The position numbers and the translations under genes are program-made. From Eledone cirrhosa (lineage: Eukaryota), in contig OZ024741.1 in assembly GCA_964016885.1 (NCBI GenBank), forward strand, positions 197,098,001-197,162,000: a stretch of DNA of 64,000 nucleotides, read 5' to 3'. The notes beneath the pieces are model-generated. The model was not told where the DNA came from, ran no database searches, and saw only the letters and a program-made list of their open reading frames with translations. Shown piece by piece: positions 21,881-35,270 of this stretch. Position 1 is the first letter of the stretch. Every line of letters begins with the position of its first letter.

Positions 21881-23364
21881 CATCTTAAGGTCAAATTCTG
21901 CTGAGGATAACTTAAATACGATCCATATGCTGTAGTTAATCCAATTGATTATAACATATCTCTACAAACCTGTGACCTTGTACCAATATAAGAAACCATG
22001 ATATTTACTTTAAAGTAGAAGCACTGTTTGTAAAGCAGACTGAGAAAAAGAGAATACCTCAGTCATTTATGAGATCTATAAAATGAATGTAATGGAGTTT
22101 GATAAAGTGATCCTTAAGTTGTGTCCAAAACCTTTCTATAATTACTATGAAATAATGGGGAAGGTGAAGGGAAGTTCCATACAGTATCAGGTCATTGGTG
22201 CATCAATGAAAATTTTATCTTCATATCTTCATAGGGCAAGTATGAGTAAAATCAGGAAACTGGGGCAATTGGCAATGGTCTACATTGGCAGCAATTAGTC
22301 TATAGGAAAGTGTGTCAAAGAATACAATCTCTTCCACAAACTCTTAACTAGATAAAGTGAGTCAGTGAAAGTTAAATGTTTTAGTTCTGGATGCTGTATT
22401 AAGATGAATGTTCATGCTATTTATAATTTATTAATAACTAGAAGCTCAAGATGTGCATGTGAATTGTCAAAGAAAAACAAATATTTACACTTGAACAATG
22501 AATGTGTATAATTAAAATCATAAATTACTTTGCTGCATTTATTAGTATTAAATCTATATACAACAAATATGTTTATATATGTTGTAGATGTCATAGTTGA
22601 TAAGTGAAAGAAGCACAAAATAATATAAACAAAATTGCTTAAGTGATTATTAACGTTATCTTTATCTTGTTAGTATTTTGAGTAAAATAATTTAAAAAAA
22701 ATAATATATCTAAAAAAATGATACATACTTTTAAAAATTAGGTTTTCATTAATCTCTTTTTTCAACTTTGTTACATAGTTCTAATTTTCATTTGTATGTG
22801 TACACAATACCTGTACACAAACATTTCATAAGAAAAACCTATGTTAGTTTTCTTTCTTTTTTTTTTCTTTTTTATTCATTCATTCATTAACAAAAATTAA
22901 TAGTCACATTAAGTGAAAACCTTTCATACCATAATGTTAATTTTCAATATTTTTTTTTTTTTTTTGTGTGTGTCTATTATAAAAAGTTATCAGATTATAA
23001 ATTGACAGAGTCATTAGGACATGAGATAGAATGCTTTGCAGTATTTGTTCCAATTCTCAGTGCTCCTAGTTCAGAAACCACCAAGGTCAAGTTTATCTTT
23101 CATACTTTCGAAGTCGATAAAAAAAAAAAAAAAAAAAAAAAAAATCAGTCTAGTGTTGGGGTCGATTCTTTCTCTATATCTGTTTCTCACTTCCTCTCTA
23201 GAAGAAATTGATTAAGTTTAGACATGGAGAGTAATGGGCTCTGCCAGGTTTTAAATGACAAGGACACATTGTATGTCACTAAGTGCTCCTATGATTCCAT
23301 CAGGAATTATGCATCCATACATAAAAGTTATGACATTTAATCCCTTCAATGCTGCTAAAATGGC

Positions 23365-23840
23365 TAAAAGCTCCCAGCCCACCCTGTAAGGTAGCCAGGT
23401 TGGTGACAACAAAACCCCTAGCCCACTCTGTAATATAGCCATGTTGGTGACATGACAAAAGAGCACCAAGCTCACCTTGTAAAGTAGTCATGTTGGTGAC
23501 ATGACAAAAAGCACCCAGTCCACTTTATAAAGTGGTCGTGTTGGTGACATGAATAAAAACACCCAGTCCACTTTGTAAAGTGGTTATGCTGATGACAGAA
23601 ATAAAAGCATCCAGTCTATCCTGTAAGGTGGTTATGTTGGTGACACTACAATAAAAAGCACAAAATTCATGCTATAAATGCGGTTGGCATTTGAAAGGGC
23701 ATCCAGCCATAAAAACCAAAGCCAGAAACAGTTCTATATGAGCAAGACACAGTTACATGATCTAACTTGTCTCATGACATAACTCATCTAATACATGCTA
23801 GCATGTAAAAATGGATATTAAATGGTGATGATGATGATGA
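23365..23840 (+). mobile_element. RTE 3' UTR remnant with about six tandem ~50-bp modules and (GAT)n tail
   Basis: Repeated CCCAGTCCACT.TGTAAAGTGGT.ATGTTGGTGACATGACAAAAAGCA. Ends ATGGATATTAAATGGTGATGATG. Confidence 0.8.
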
Positions 23841-25012
23841 CTATAAAATTGCCAACTAATGTCTTTAACACAACTTCTAATCTCACCAAAAAGAATCAAA
23901 GAGATAGCAAATACAGATAAATAAAGATTTTAATAATAACATATAAAGAAAATTTAGTGTTTCTAAAATATAGCTTAATAATAACTGCCTCATCATTATT
24001 AAGAGATATACAGAGTAATAATCATTTTGACAAACCAATGACAAAGTTTCACATTAAAGGTCAGACAGATTAATAGAAAAGTCAGCAATCATAATAATGG
24101 GATAACAAAAAATGTCTACATTCATCATCATCATTTTTATGTTGACTTTTCCTTGTTGGACGTGACTTTTTGAGGCAATATTTTACAGGTGGATGCCCTT
24201 TCTAACACCAACTCTTTTAGTTGCTTCTTACGACAACAAAACCTCATCAATTATACAATGTGAGCATTTTGCTCTACTGAAACAAACCAATGCAGTTTTC
24301 ATATTACTTGGTTTTGAGCAAATTCAAGTAGTATTACATATAAATCTAGTTGAGGGACGAGATTTCAGTTTTCACAATCAGATTTTAACCCTTAGATCAT
24401 AATAGTTCTGACTTATGGTATTTATTCATCATAGCTCAAAATTACAATACTAAAATAGAATTTTGTGATAGTTATCTATATGTACTTTTTAGACCATATC
24501 TCCAGGAGCCTAGAGAGGTTCATGCACATGTCTGTGTGTGTATAGGACCTGCACTGAACTGCCTACTCATGAAATTAACTTGCAAGTGGCTGAGCATTCT
24601 ACAGGCACATACACTCTTAATGTAGTTCCTTGGGAAATTCAGTATGACATAGTATGTAACAAGGCTGGCCTTTTGAATTACAGGTATAACTTATTTTTGC
24701 CGATTGAGTCTATTTGAGAAATGTGAAAAAGTGTCTTGCTCAAGGATACAATGCACCACAGGAAACAAACTCATTACCATACGATCATGAGTTGAACAAT
24801 AACCACAAAGTCACTATTTAGCTCTAGTTTTATGGTGATAAATGGATGAAAAATTAATTCCTTTGGATAAGACACATTCTCAATTTAATACACATTCGCA
24901 ATAACTAAATGAACTGGTGCATACAAAATGGAGACTACTGTTCAAATATATACACACAAACATGCATACAATAATTCAAACATGAGATTTATGTATGGTG
25001 AATAGAATTCTA

Positions 25013-25241
25013 ATAATGATTTCTAATTTTGCCACAAGGCCAACAATTTGGGGGAGTGGGGAGGAAAGAGAAAGTTGATTATATTGACCACAGTATTTGA
25101 CTGGTATTTTATTTTATCACTCGAGAAGGATGTAAGGCTAAGTTGATGTTAGTGAGATTTGAACTCAGAATGTAAAGAGCCTGAACAAATACTACTAAAC
25201 ATTTGTCAGACTTTCTAACAACTCTACCAATTAACTGCCTT
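25013..25241 (-). mobile_element. SINE family 1 relative with probable TSD
   Basis: AATAGAATTCTAATAAT at 25001 and AATAGAATACTAATAAT at 25243. Confidence 0.75.
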
Positions 25242-26729
25242 TAATAGAATACTAATAATAAAAATATTAATCAAGTAATGAAAGTAATTCAATAAAAGAT
25301 GCAAGCTTAGCCCCACTTGCATTTAGAAATCAGATGAGTAATCTTTGTCACCTGAGGTTGGGATTCATTGAAACTATGACAGTTATAAAAAAAATTGTTT
25401 TCTTTAAGTGACAAAGCTACTCAAAATTATATTCTGTTAACAGTAATAATTTCATAGACAATGGAGACATTTAAATTCAAGAACAATTTAAAAGAATGTT
25501 ATAATTTGATGTAACTTGCTCATCAAACCTATTTAACTTTTTTTCTTTTTCTTTAATATGAAGGAAAACTGTATCATTTAGTTTGCTTTCATTGTGAACA
25601 TTATTACTGAACAATGCAGTAACTTTCCCAAAACTTAATAGCTAATAATTATATGTGTGCTAAGTTACTTTGACTTTATGCACATGACATTTTATTGAGA
25701 AAAACAAAACAAAAAAAGTTACATAAAAAAGTGTTATTTTATTGCATTCACACTTTAAGATTTAAGGGAATGAGAAAAATGAAATTCTAACTATTCTACA
25801 TGTTTATAGAATTAGTCTCCAGACATGCTTAAAACTTTTGAGCAGATATTAATTTAATCTTTTGACAAATCACAATTTCGTAAGACCAGAGTTTAACTTT
25901 TCCTTTAGCTTTATTTATTTATTTTTTTTGCTCCCTATGGAACATTGAGCAACTGGATCAGTTCATTGTTTATGTAGCAATTTTGATTAATGGAGGTGAG
26001 GTTGTTAGCTTTGTGCCCCCTTATTCCTCCCTTCTCATTCAGACCAAAAACTAACCTAGCATTTCAAAGTCAGGGGGGGGGGGGCGTAACCCTGGATAGG
26101 GGCCCATAGATGCTCAGGCAAAATTGATAGTAAGAATGTCAGTGATATACATCTATTCCTAACTCAGCAACTGACAGCCAGTTGAGCCAGGGACTTACAG
26201 TACAAACATGATGCAATATTACTGCAGATAATTTCCCCAGAAAAGCCTGACAGCTAAATGAAACTGTAACATGTACAAGGAAGCGCCCAGTCTAGAAATA
26301 CAAATTACCTACAGCATGACTAGTCCATGTGTTGATAATCTAATACATTGCTTAATCAATTATTTTATCCTTACAGTTTGTAGCTGATACTATAATGCTT
26401 ACAATTTATAGCTGGTAGTAAGATATGTAATTAATGGCTGATATGATAAACTTAAAGCATAGAAAGGAAGAAGCTTCTCTTTGGATACTTGATCTGCTCA
26501 GAGTAGCAGTTAGACCTTCTTCATCTAAATCCCTAATGTTTTGAAAATGAGAACCACTTATTTAACAATACAATCTTAAAACATATCCAATTTATTATAC
26601 CCATTCACATTCATATATATTTTTAGTAAGCAGTTTGGTTTAGTTAATTCTCTTTGAAATGTATTGATTTAATTTGATGTACAAATTTGACTAGTGGTGA
26701 AAATTTTAGCTATCATAACAATAAATAAT

Positions 26730-26890
26730 TGTTTCTACTTTTGGCACCAGGCCAGCAATTATCCCAGTGCATTACTGGTACTTTATTTTATCAACCCCGT
26801 AAGGATGAAAGGCAAAGTTAACCTCGGCGGGATTTGAACTCAGATCATAAAGGGAGGTAACTCTATGCTTCAAAGCATGGCGCCCGACCC
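26730..26890 (-). mobile_element. SINE family 1, slightly 5'-truncated, with TSD
   Basis: TCATAACAATAAATAAT at 26713 and 26891. Confidence 0.9.
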
Positions 26891-28794
26891 TCATAACAAT
26901 AAATAATGCTCATTTGAAGTTACAACACTTAACTCATAATCAATAACATTCTTATTCTATTTTATTCAGTGTTTACACTTGCAAAGAGGTAGTGCTGGAG
27001 TCACGATAAAATGATCCTAGTACATGCTGTAAAGTGGTTGGCATTAGGAATAGCATCCAGTCATAGAAAACCAAGCCAAAAGTGATGTGTACAAACAAGC
27101 TGTAATCACCTGACCAATCTAGCCTTAGTATGATAGCCCATCTAATCAATGCATGCATGGAAAATTAGACATTAAATGGTGGTGATAATGGTGATGATAT
27201 ATCCAGTGGTTCCTTACTTATGGCTTCTTAAATCACTAACAACAATGACCACACATTAGTCTTGAACAGACTTTATATATATATATATATATATATAACA
27301 CAGACCCCAATAGATCAAATCTGTTGGGATTTTGTCATGTATAAAATGAAAAGAGTTTGTACACAGACCTGCCACTTTTTTTCTTTTTCATTCTCATATA
27401 TTGGAAGGACCCTCAGTTGTGTCAAAGACATGACAACCCATCCTGTGCATTCAGTGGAATGTGAGACCATACATAAGTGTGACACAGATCCCTGGCCTGC
27501 CTCAGAGATCAGTGGCTCCACTTCAGTACTGACTTGGTCTATGTAAACCCATTTAACACTTGCTAGCAAGGAAAGCGGACGTTAAAATGATGATGATATA
27601 TTGATTTTGAAACAGAAGGAGTAGGTTATATTTTTTTCAAATATTTTGTTCACAATTATTTTGTATAACAAACAGGAAGAAAAAAATACTAAATAATGAA
27701 AATGAGCGAAATGAGAATGGAGGGGCAAACTCTACACCCCTGTCTTGGCAGTATGCCTAAGCTGTGCACCATAGTCAAGATGGTAAAAGGATTGCCATGG
27801 AGAATAGCCAGCAACACCCATTGCATCAGCCACTCCACTTCACAGTGCTCCTTTCTCAGGAAGGATGCACCACTCCTAAATTCACCTTACGATGTGAAAG
27901 ACTGGGGACCAGGGGAATGTGATGGAAACGCACGCATTATTAGAGCTGAAGTGAGTAATGTGGTTGATGAAGCAAACTAACCATCTTCTTAGATTGGGTT
28001 TAAGAGACATCCAATGTGTTTTCTCTTTGTTTGACTGGTAAATATTAAACTATATTGCAAACATTGATTATTTTCACATAAAATAGGTCTTGCTATGGCA
28101 AGTATAACAAGCCTAGCTGCATCACAGTATGATCATTTAGACGATATATTTTACATAAGGGTGTTCTTACTGATACAAATCAATATAATGTGACAAAAAT
28201 GAAGTTTGAGTATATAAAGACTGCCTGGGCAGTTGATAGGACAAAACAGTTAAGAGCATCAGAACTGATATTTATTTGATAGAAGGAAATTTGAGGTCTA
28301 TGTGAAGTAAATCTCGTTTAATTCTACTAAATCTTTCATCTCATTGGTGACTGGATAAACTAAGTACCAGATTGACATGTGAAGGAGGAGTAATTGAGGA
28401 TTAAGGTGTCGAACAGAATTGATATTTAAGGGGCTTAGATAGAAACTAATAATAAAAGTCATTCTATTATTTAGTATGACTTAAATATAAATAATAAAAT
28501 AAAAAAAATCCTGACATCAATGTTTCTGTAATAGGTTTTATTACATAACTTAATGTCAAACAATCACTCATGCTAACACACACATACACACTTATACAAT
28601 ATATATAATATATAGACCCAAAAGAAGAAGAAAATATAGACCATGGCACTGCCACCCATAAGGCAGAGGAATGGAAGATATCCAAATACCAGAGCTTGAC
28701 TGACCTCTTCTTTTTCATGCCAGTCACTTGAGACAATTGCAATCAGTATATAATTTATTTGAAATAAAATTTATTAATTACAAAATTTAAAGAA

Positions 28795-31439
28795 ACACAA
28801 AGTAAACACAAAAGCCTTCCCTAGTGAGGAATGTACATCCCAACATAGCTTAGTTGTCAGCAACCTCACAGTCAGAACTAGATGAACCTGGAAACAGAGG
28901 CCAACCTGGAGAAGAAAGATCTGGAAGCTGAAAGACCCCTCAACCAGTAACAGATTTAAAGATATTTTACTCAACGCCTACGACAGTAAAGAAGAACAGA
29001 TAGAGACATTCAATGTAGAAGAGAACTGGGAGTTACTAAAAAATAACTTACTAGAGGCGACAGATGAGGTTTGTGGCTGGAGTAAGACCTCAAGCAGGAG
29101 GAGATGACTTGGTGGTGGAACAATAAGGTAGATGAGGCAGTTAAGGCCAAGAGACAGGCATGGAAAGAATGGAAGAACGGGAGGAGCAGGGTACATTACA
29201 TAGAGACCAAGAGGGAAGCTAGGCGACAAGTATACTTAGCTAGGAGGGAAGCAGAGGATAGAAAATTCAAGCACGTTTTGCAACGTGAGGACCAGAAACA
29301 GGAGGTGTTCAAGATTGCGAGACAGTGTGTCAGAGAGAGTTGTGATGTCATTGGAGAGAAGTGTATCCGGAATGATAAAGGTGAGCTTGCCCTCACAAGT
29401 GCTGAGAAGAAAGATGCATGGAAGAGTCATTATGATAGATTACTAAATGAGGAGAATGCATGGGAAGAAGAGACCCTACCCCAAGTAGACCCTATAGAGG
29501 GGCCAGCAGTACAAGTCAGCAGCAACGTAGTAAGTAAGGCAATCAAAGATATGAAGATGGGGAAGGCAACAGGTCCATCGGGTATAGCTGCCGAGATGCT
29601 GAAGGCATCTGGGTTTGTAGGTCACACTATAACCACACGTATTGTTAACCAGGTAATACTAGAAGGTGTCATACCAAAAGGTTGGTGCAGTAGCATCATT
29701 GTCAACTGCTACAAAGGTAAAGGTGATGCACTAGATAGAGGAAACTATAGAGGTATAAAGCTGATGGACCAGGTCATGAAAGTAACAGAAAGAGTTATAG
29801 CACAGTTGATTAGGGACCGGGTGAAAATAGACGAGATGCAATTTGGGTTTGTACAAGGAAGAGGCACCACTGATGCCCTCTTCCTTGTGAGGCAGTTACA
29901 GGAAAAGTACCTAGCTAAAAGTAAGCCACTCTACTTGGCATTTGTCGACCTTGAGAAAGCCTTTGACAGAGTTCCAAGTGCTGTAATCTGGTGGGCTCTT
30001 AGAAAACTAGGAGTAGATGAATGGCTTGTGAAAGCGGTACAAGCCATGTATAGGGGAGCAGTCAGCAAAGTTAGGATTAGCAATGAGTATAGCGAGGAAT
30101 TTAGCGTACAGGTTGGGGTCCACCAGGGCTCTGTTCTTAGCCCCCTCCTGTTCATCATAGTCCTGCAGGCAATAACGGAGGAGTTTAAGACCGGATGCCT
30201 ATGGGAACTCCTGTATGCTGATGACCTCGCACTTATAGCTGAATCTATGGTAGAACTAGAGAAGAAATTCCAAACTTGGAAGCAGGGACTAGAAAGAAAG
30301 GGTCTCAAAGTAGACGAGAAAACAGAACCCAGATCCCCTCAGGGAAATGGCCTTGCTCAGTATGTAGGAAAGGTGTAGGTAGGAACTCCATTCTTTGCCC
30401 CAAATGCAAAGAATGGGTACACAAGAGATGTAGCGGGATCTCAGGAAGCTTAATTAAGAATGTAGGCTTCACATACAGCAGCTGTGCTGGGACAGCAAGC
30501 AGCAAACAGCCACAGGAAACAAGTACCACCAATCTCTGGGAGGGCTCTGTAGAAACAGTAGACAGCTTCTGCTACCTAGGTGACCGAATTAGCAGCGGAG
30601 GTGGGTGTTCAAAAAGTACAATAACTAGGGTAAGAACGGGATGGAATAAGTTGAGGGAATTACTGCAACTGCTAGCTGCAAAAGGCTTCTCCCTCAAAAT
30701 GAAAGGCAGACTGTATGCTGCGTGTATCCGAACAGCAATGTTACATGGTAGTGAGACCTGGGTGTTGAAGATGGAAGACTTACATAGATTAGAAAGAAAC
30801 GAAGCCTGCATGCTCCGATGGATGTGTAACAGTAATATACGTGAACGACAAAGCATAAATGAATTGAGAGAGAGACTGAGCATAAGAGGAATCAAATGCT
30901 GTGTGCAGGAGAGGCGGTTGCGCTGGTATGGGCATGTGGTGCGTATGAAGGATGACAGCTGCATAAAAAGGTGCAGAGCACTAGAAGTCAATGGAAACCG
31001 CGGAGTGGGGAGACCCAAGATGACCTGGGATGAGGTGATAAAAGCCGACCTTACCCAATTACACCTCTCAAAGGCAATGAAACACGACCGTGACCTCTGG
31101 CGTCACTCAGTAATACAGAGTACCGACCTCCCATGGGTACAAGCTGAAGCATATAGACAATATGCCCCCACCACAAGGTGGTCGTGGAGGTGCCATGGCA
31201 AAAAAGCACCCAGCCCACACTGTAAAGTGGACGTGTAGGCTCCACGAAAAAGCACCTAGCACTCACTGTAAATGAGGTTGGTGTTAGGAAGGGCATCCAG
31301 CTGTAGAAATCAAGCCAAATTAGTTCCTGTATGAGCAAGGCATGGTCAGCCGACCAGACACTGCCCACAACAGGACAACCCATCTAACCCATGCTAGCGT
31401 GGAAGAACAGACGTAAAACGGTGATGATGATGATGATGA
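28795..31439 (+). mobile_element. RTE-clade LINE copy C (second subfamily), 5'-truncated and frameshifted
   Basis: ORFs 29104-30378 (RT with YADD) and 30276-31238 (PHD-like finger, C-terminus). A deletion near 30310 causes the frameshift. (GAT)n tail. Confidence 0.97.
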
Positions 31440-31457
31440 AAGAAGCAAAAATATATA

Positions 31458-32645
31458 TGAGATGCATTCAAAAAGTATCCAACTTTATTTTTTTTCCAGT
31501 CAAAACTGATTCCGGATAGGCAAAATCCTTTGGGTGGGAGGTGACTCCACCCTTCCTACACATGCGTGAACATTTTGGTGATGATAGGTTATGTTGCTTC
31601 CCAGTTGTTATGCCTAGAGTACAGATGTGTAGTGTGCACTTGTCAGATTTTCATTTTCATACAAGAAGACCAAACACATTAAGTAGAGATATTGCATCAA
31701 GTTTTGCTAAAAGTTTGGTGATACTCAAGCTCAAACCATCCAGAAGATTCAGTAGGCCTTAGGTGATGACACTGTGGGCAAAACTCAGATCAAGGAGTGG
31801 TTCAATCACTTAAAATAAGGCTGCACCTCAGTGGAGAGTGAGGCATGTTCAAGAAGGCCATCCACAAACCATGGAGCTGATTGAGAAGGTTCAGTGAATA
31901 GTCATGGAATACCATTGTGTAACAATCCAGAAAATTGCTTATGAAGTGGGAATAAGCACAGGATAAGTGCATTCCATTTTAAAGGATGATTTGTGTATGC
32001 AGAGAGTGTCGGTGAAATTCATCACCAAGGTGCTTGTAGAGCAGCTGAAGCAACTCTGCATGAAAATCACTCGGGATATGCTGGACTGTGCAAACCATGA
32101 CCAAGACTTCACGAACACCATCATCACTGGTGATGAGATATGGGTTTATGGTTACAACTCGGAAACCACATTTTAGTCTTCCCAATGGAAACATCCATCC
32201 TCATCAAGGCCCAAAAAGTACAACAGGCTCACAGCAACATGAAGGTAATGTTGACCTGTCTCTTTGACTTCCATAGTATTGTGCAATATAAATAGAAAAC
32301 CAATAAGAAATACTACCTGGAGGTTACACATTGGCATCATGATGCTGTTCATCGAAAGCAGCCGGGCATGTGGGCAGCGAAGAATTGGCAACTTCACCAT
32401 GACAATGTGCCCATTCATTGTTCAACAGGTTCCCTACTCTCCCAACTAGGTACTGTCTGACTTCTGGCTCTTCCCACACTGGTGGAAATCCATAGCATTC
32501 CAGAAGTGTTACCAGCAGTGGCAGAACCGCAGGGAGAAGTGTGTGAACTCCTGAGGGGGTGTATTTTAAAGGTAATTAAATAAAATGTGAAATGTACAAA
32601 ATTGTTTTTTATGCCCAAAGGTCAGATATTTTTTAACATACCTTA
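31458..32645 (+). mobile_element. Decayed mariner (Tc1/mariner) transposon, near full length (~1.2 kb)
   Basis: QRVSVKFITKVL...IITGDEIWVYGYNSET (mariner catalytic motif), HHDNVP and PYSP remnants. Degenerate TIRs TGAGATGCATTCAAAAAGTATCCAACTTT and AAAGGTCAGATATTTTTTAACATACCTTA. Confidence 0.9.
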
Positions 32646-33287
32646 TCTTTACACCCTCACCACCACCACTTCCATCAATGCCTTCCCAGCCTAACACATT
32701 GAGCATCCTAGTGTTGTAATGAGATAGTGCTGCTGCCATGATAAAAAGCACCCCGTCAACCCAGTAAGGTGGTGGTGTTGAACTCATGATAAAATACACC
32801 CATTATACACTGTAAAGTAGTTGAAAAGTATCCAGCCATTGAAACCAAGCCAAAAATGGAGCATACAAGCAAGACACAGTCACCTGACCTGTCTAATCTC
32901 AGCACATAACATGCAAGCATGGAAAATAAATATTAAAAGGCAATGATGAGTATACATACACGTGTGTGCGTGTAGTGTGTGGATATATATATATTTGACT
33001 TTAAGATATATATATATCAAAGTCAAAGCTAAAAGTTCATAAAGTTAATGACTATTATGAGACAGTAAGTGATTGAGTGTTCAAGAATTCCTCCTAAATA
33101 GGAGGCCATTACATTCCAACATTAATTCCCAGTTGCTACTGGTACTAATTCTTTGGGCTAAGTAGGTTGGAACAATGTGAAATGAAGTGCTATATTTAAG
33201 AAAACAACATGCCACTCAGGGAATTGAAACTGCAACATTACAATCATTAACCCAACATCCTAACCACTAGGCCATGCAACATAACGT

Positions 33288-33511
33288 AATAATGTTAAAT
33301 CTTCTCCTTTGCTGATGATCCAACATTTGACATCTATGATTCACCGATTAATGGTGAAATATATTTCTTCAATGGAATATATACAAAGGACATTAATCAT
33401 TATTGCAAGGTATCTATATTCAATGTTCTTGTTAATTTTTTATATTTTACCTCCATAACTATGTGTGTTTACACTCTTTACAAATTATCCCCTGTAATTG
33501 TTTGATGTGTT

Positions 33512-33517
<6 letters not shown>
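33288..33517 (+). mobile_element. Penelope-like pLTR fragment ending at (TA)n
   Basis: Carries the hammerhead at 33305-33390. T-rich 3' end abuts (TA)n at ~33517-33557. Confidence 0.55.
33305..33390 (+). ncRNA. Type I hammerhead ribozyme, canonical core, long stems I and III
   Basis: TCCTTTG CTGATGA TCCA (29 nt) TGGT GAAA TATATTTC ttcaat GGAATATA TA CAAAGGA. Stem I 7 bp, stem III 9 bp, triplet AUA. Confidence 0.8.
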
Positions 33518-33560
<43 letters not shown>

Positions 33561-33871
33561 AATCGACTTTTAATTTAATGTTAATAAATGCTTGGATTTA
33601 CTACTTGGAATCTTTGAGCTTATTCCAAAGGTGGTATGGTGTATGCTTCTGATATTCTCAGACATGGCATCTTTAATCTAATTTTGGTAGTGTGTGTATA
33701 TATATCCAGATGAGGGACATAAAAGAAATGAATAATCAACACAAAATGCAAGTGGACTATTTATATTAACAGTTTGGCTTAAGAGGTTTCAAGATGAAAA
33801 CAATGTCATTTGCATCTGATGACATCAACGTTCTTTTGCTTTTAAACCACTGGTAATGAGGAGTTAAGCCA

Positions 33872-33874
<3 letters not shown>

Positions 33875-33922
<48 letters not shown>

Positions 33923-33932
33923 CCAAACTATA

Positions 33933-33968
<36 letters not shown>
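33875..33968. repeat. Interrupted (TA)n tract
   Basis: Direct reading. Contains a second copy of TAAGCCAAAC. Confidence 0.9.
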
Positions 33969-34846
33969 CTCTGAATCATTTTGTTGCCTGTTCATAATTT
34001 ACAGTCTCCAAATTTTTTTCTCTCCTAATCAATGACTTTATCTCATTTCATGTATTCATCTTGTATAAATCCATCTGAGATGGTAGTCTGTCCAATACAC
34101 GCACCATGCCGTCCTCTTTCTCCTTCTTCCTCTATCTGTTAGACACGCAGTGACTAACAACAATGTTTTAAGTCTGCGTGTCTGACATATATGCGTAGCT
34201 TGTGAATAAAAAATTCAAGGGGTGTCACTGGCCGTGGTGATCGCCAAACATGTTTTGTAATGTATCGTCTTATTGGCTAATTTCATCGTCTTACTGCCTA
34301 ATCAACCAACGAGAGTAATTGTTGCTCAAAAGCATCCGCCATTTTGTTTGCACGTTTATTTACCGTTTCGCTTTCAAATCTTCCTCCTGTATTTCGTTGT
34401 TTATCATCAAAATATTTTTCTCGTTTGATAAGTTATATTGTTAATTTATATATGATTTTTTAAATTTATATTAACTTTTTTTTTTCAGTTCGTTATAACG
34501 TGCTTATAATATTGGTTGTATCATATTTACTTCCATATTATTGTTCATTTTATGTTAGATTATTTTATTATTATTATGTTAGATTATTTTTTTTAATTAT
34601 TATGTTACACTATTTGTATGTAATATTTAATTTTTATTAATTCAACTATAACAATTATTATGTAAAATATATTTATTTAATATTGATTGTTTTTTGTAGT
34701 TGTTTATATTAAAAGTCTGAAAATATTTTTATACATCTTACAATAATATTTATAAAATAACAATTATATAATCATTTATAAAATAACAATTATATAATCT
34801 AATTACATTACAACGATAATTTATTATTAATATATATCATGTTTAA

Positions 34847-35270
34847 CTAGAGTTATTACAAGCGTTGCCTTAAAAAAATATTAAACTAGACCTTAAAAAT
34901 GCGCAAGCTCAAAAGAGCCACAGAATGTTATAATAAACCTTCAAAAGTGTGGGACTATAGTTGTTGCTCAAAAATATTATAATCATTATTGGCATTCTGT
35001 AGCATCCTTTATAAAAATATCACAATAAATACATCTAGAGTGTACGATAGATAATGATTACAATATTTTTGAGCAACAACTCTAGTCCCACATTTTTCAG
35101 GTCTAGTTATCTTTCTGTCTTAGAAATTGCTAGATTTCCCACTTTATATCGGTTTGACTATGAAAAAGTATGTACAAAAAATCTCCTCAGATGACTTTTT
35201 CCCATTTCATGTATTCATCTCATGTAAATTCATCTGAGATGCTAGTCTTTTAGATTCACTCAGTTATTTC
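34847..35270 (-). mobile_element. Probable non-autonomous Helitron 3' part with internal inverted repeat (~34944-34988 and ~35051-35096)
   Basis: Reverse complement ends GGCAACGCTTGTAATAACTCTAGT. 35181-35248 resembles 34021-34089. Confidence 0.45.

Noticed and set aside
34334-34346. YY1-like CCGCCATTTT motif and nearby ATTGG suggesting a promoter
   Set aside because: Short motifs in a region that appears repeat-derived, with no transcript evidence.
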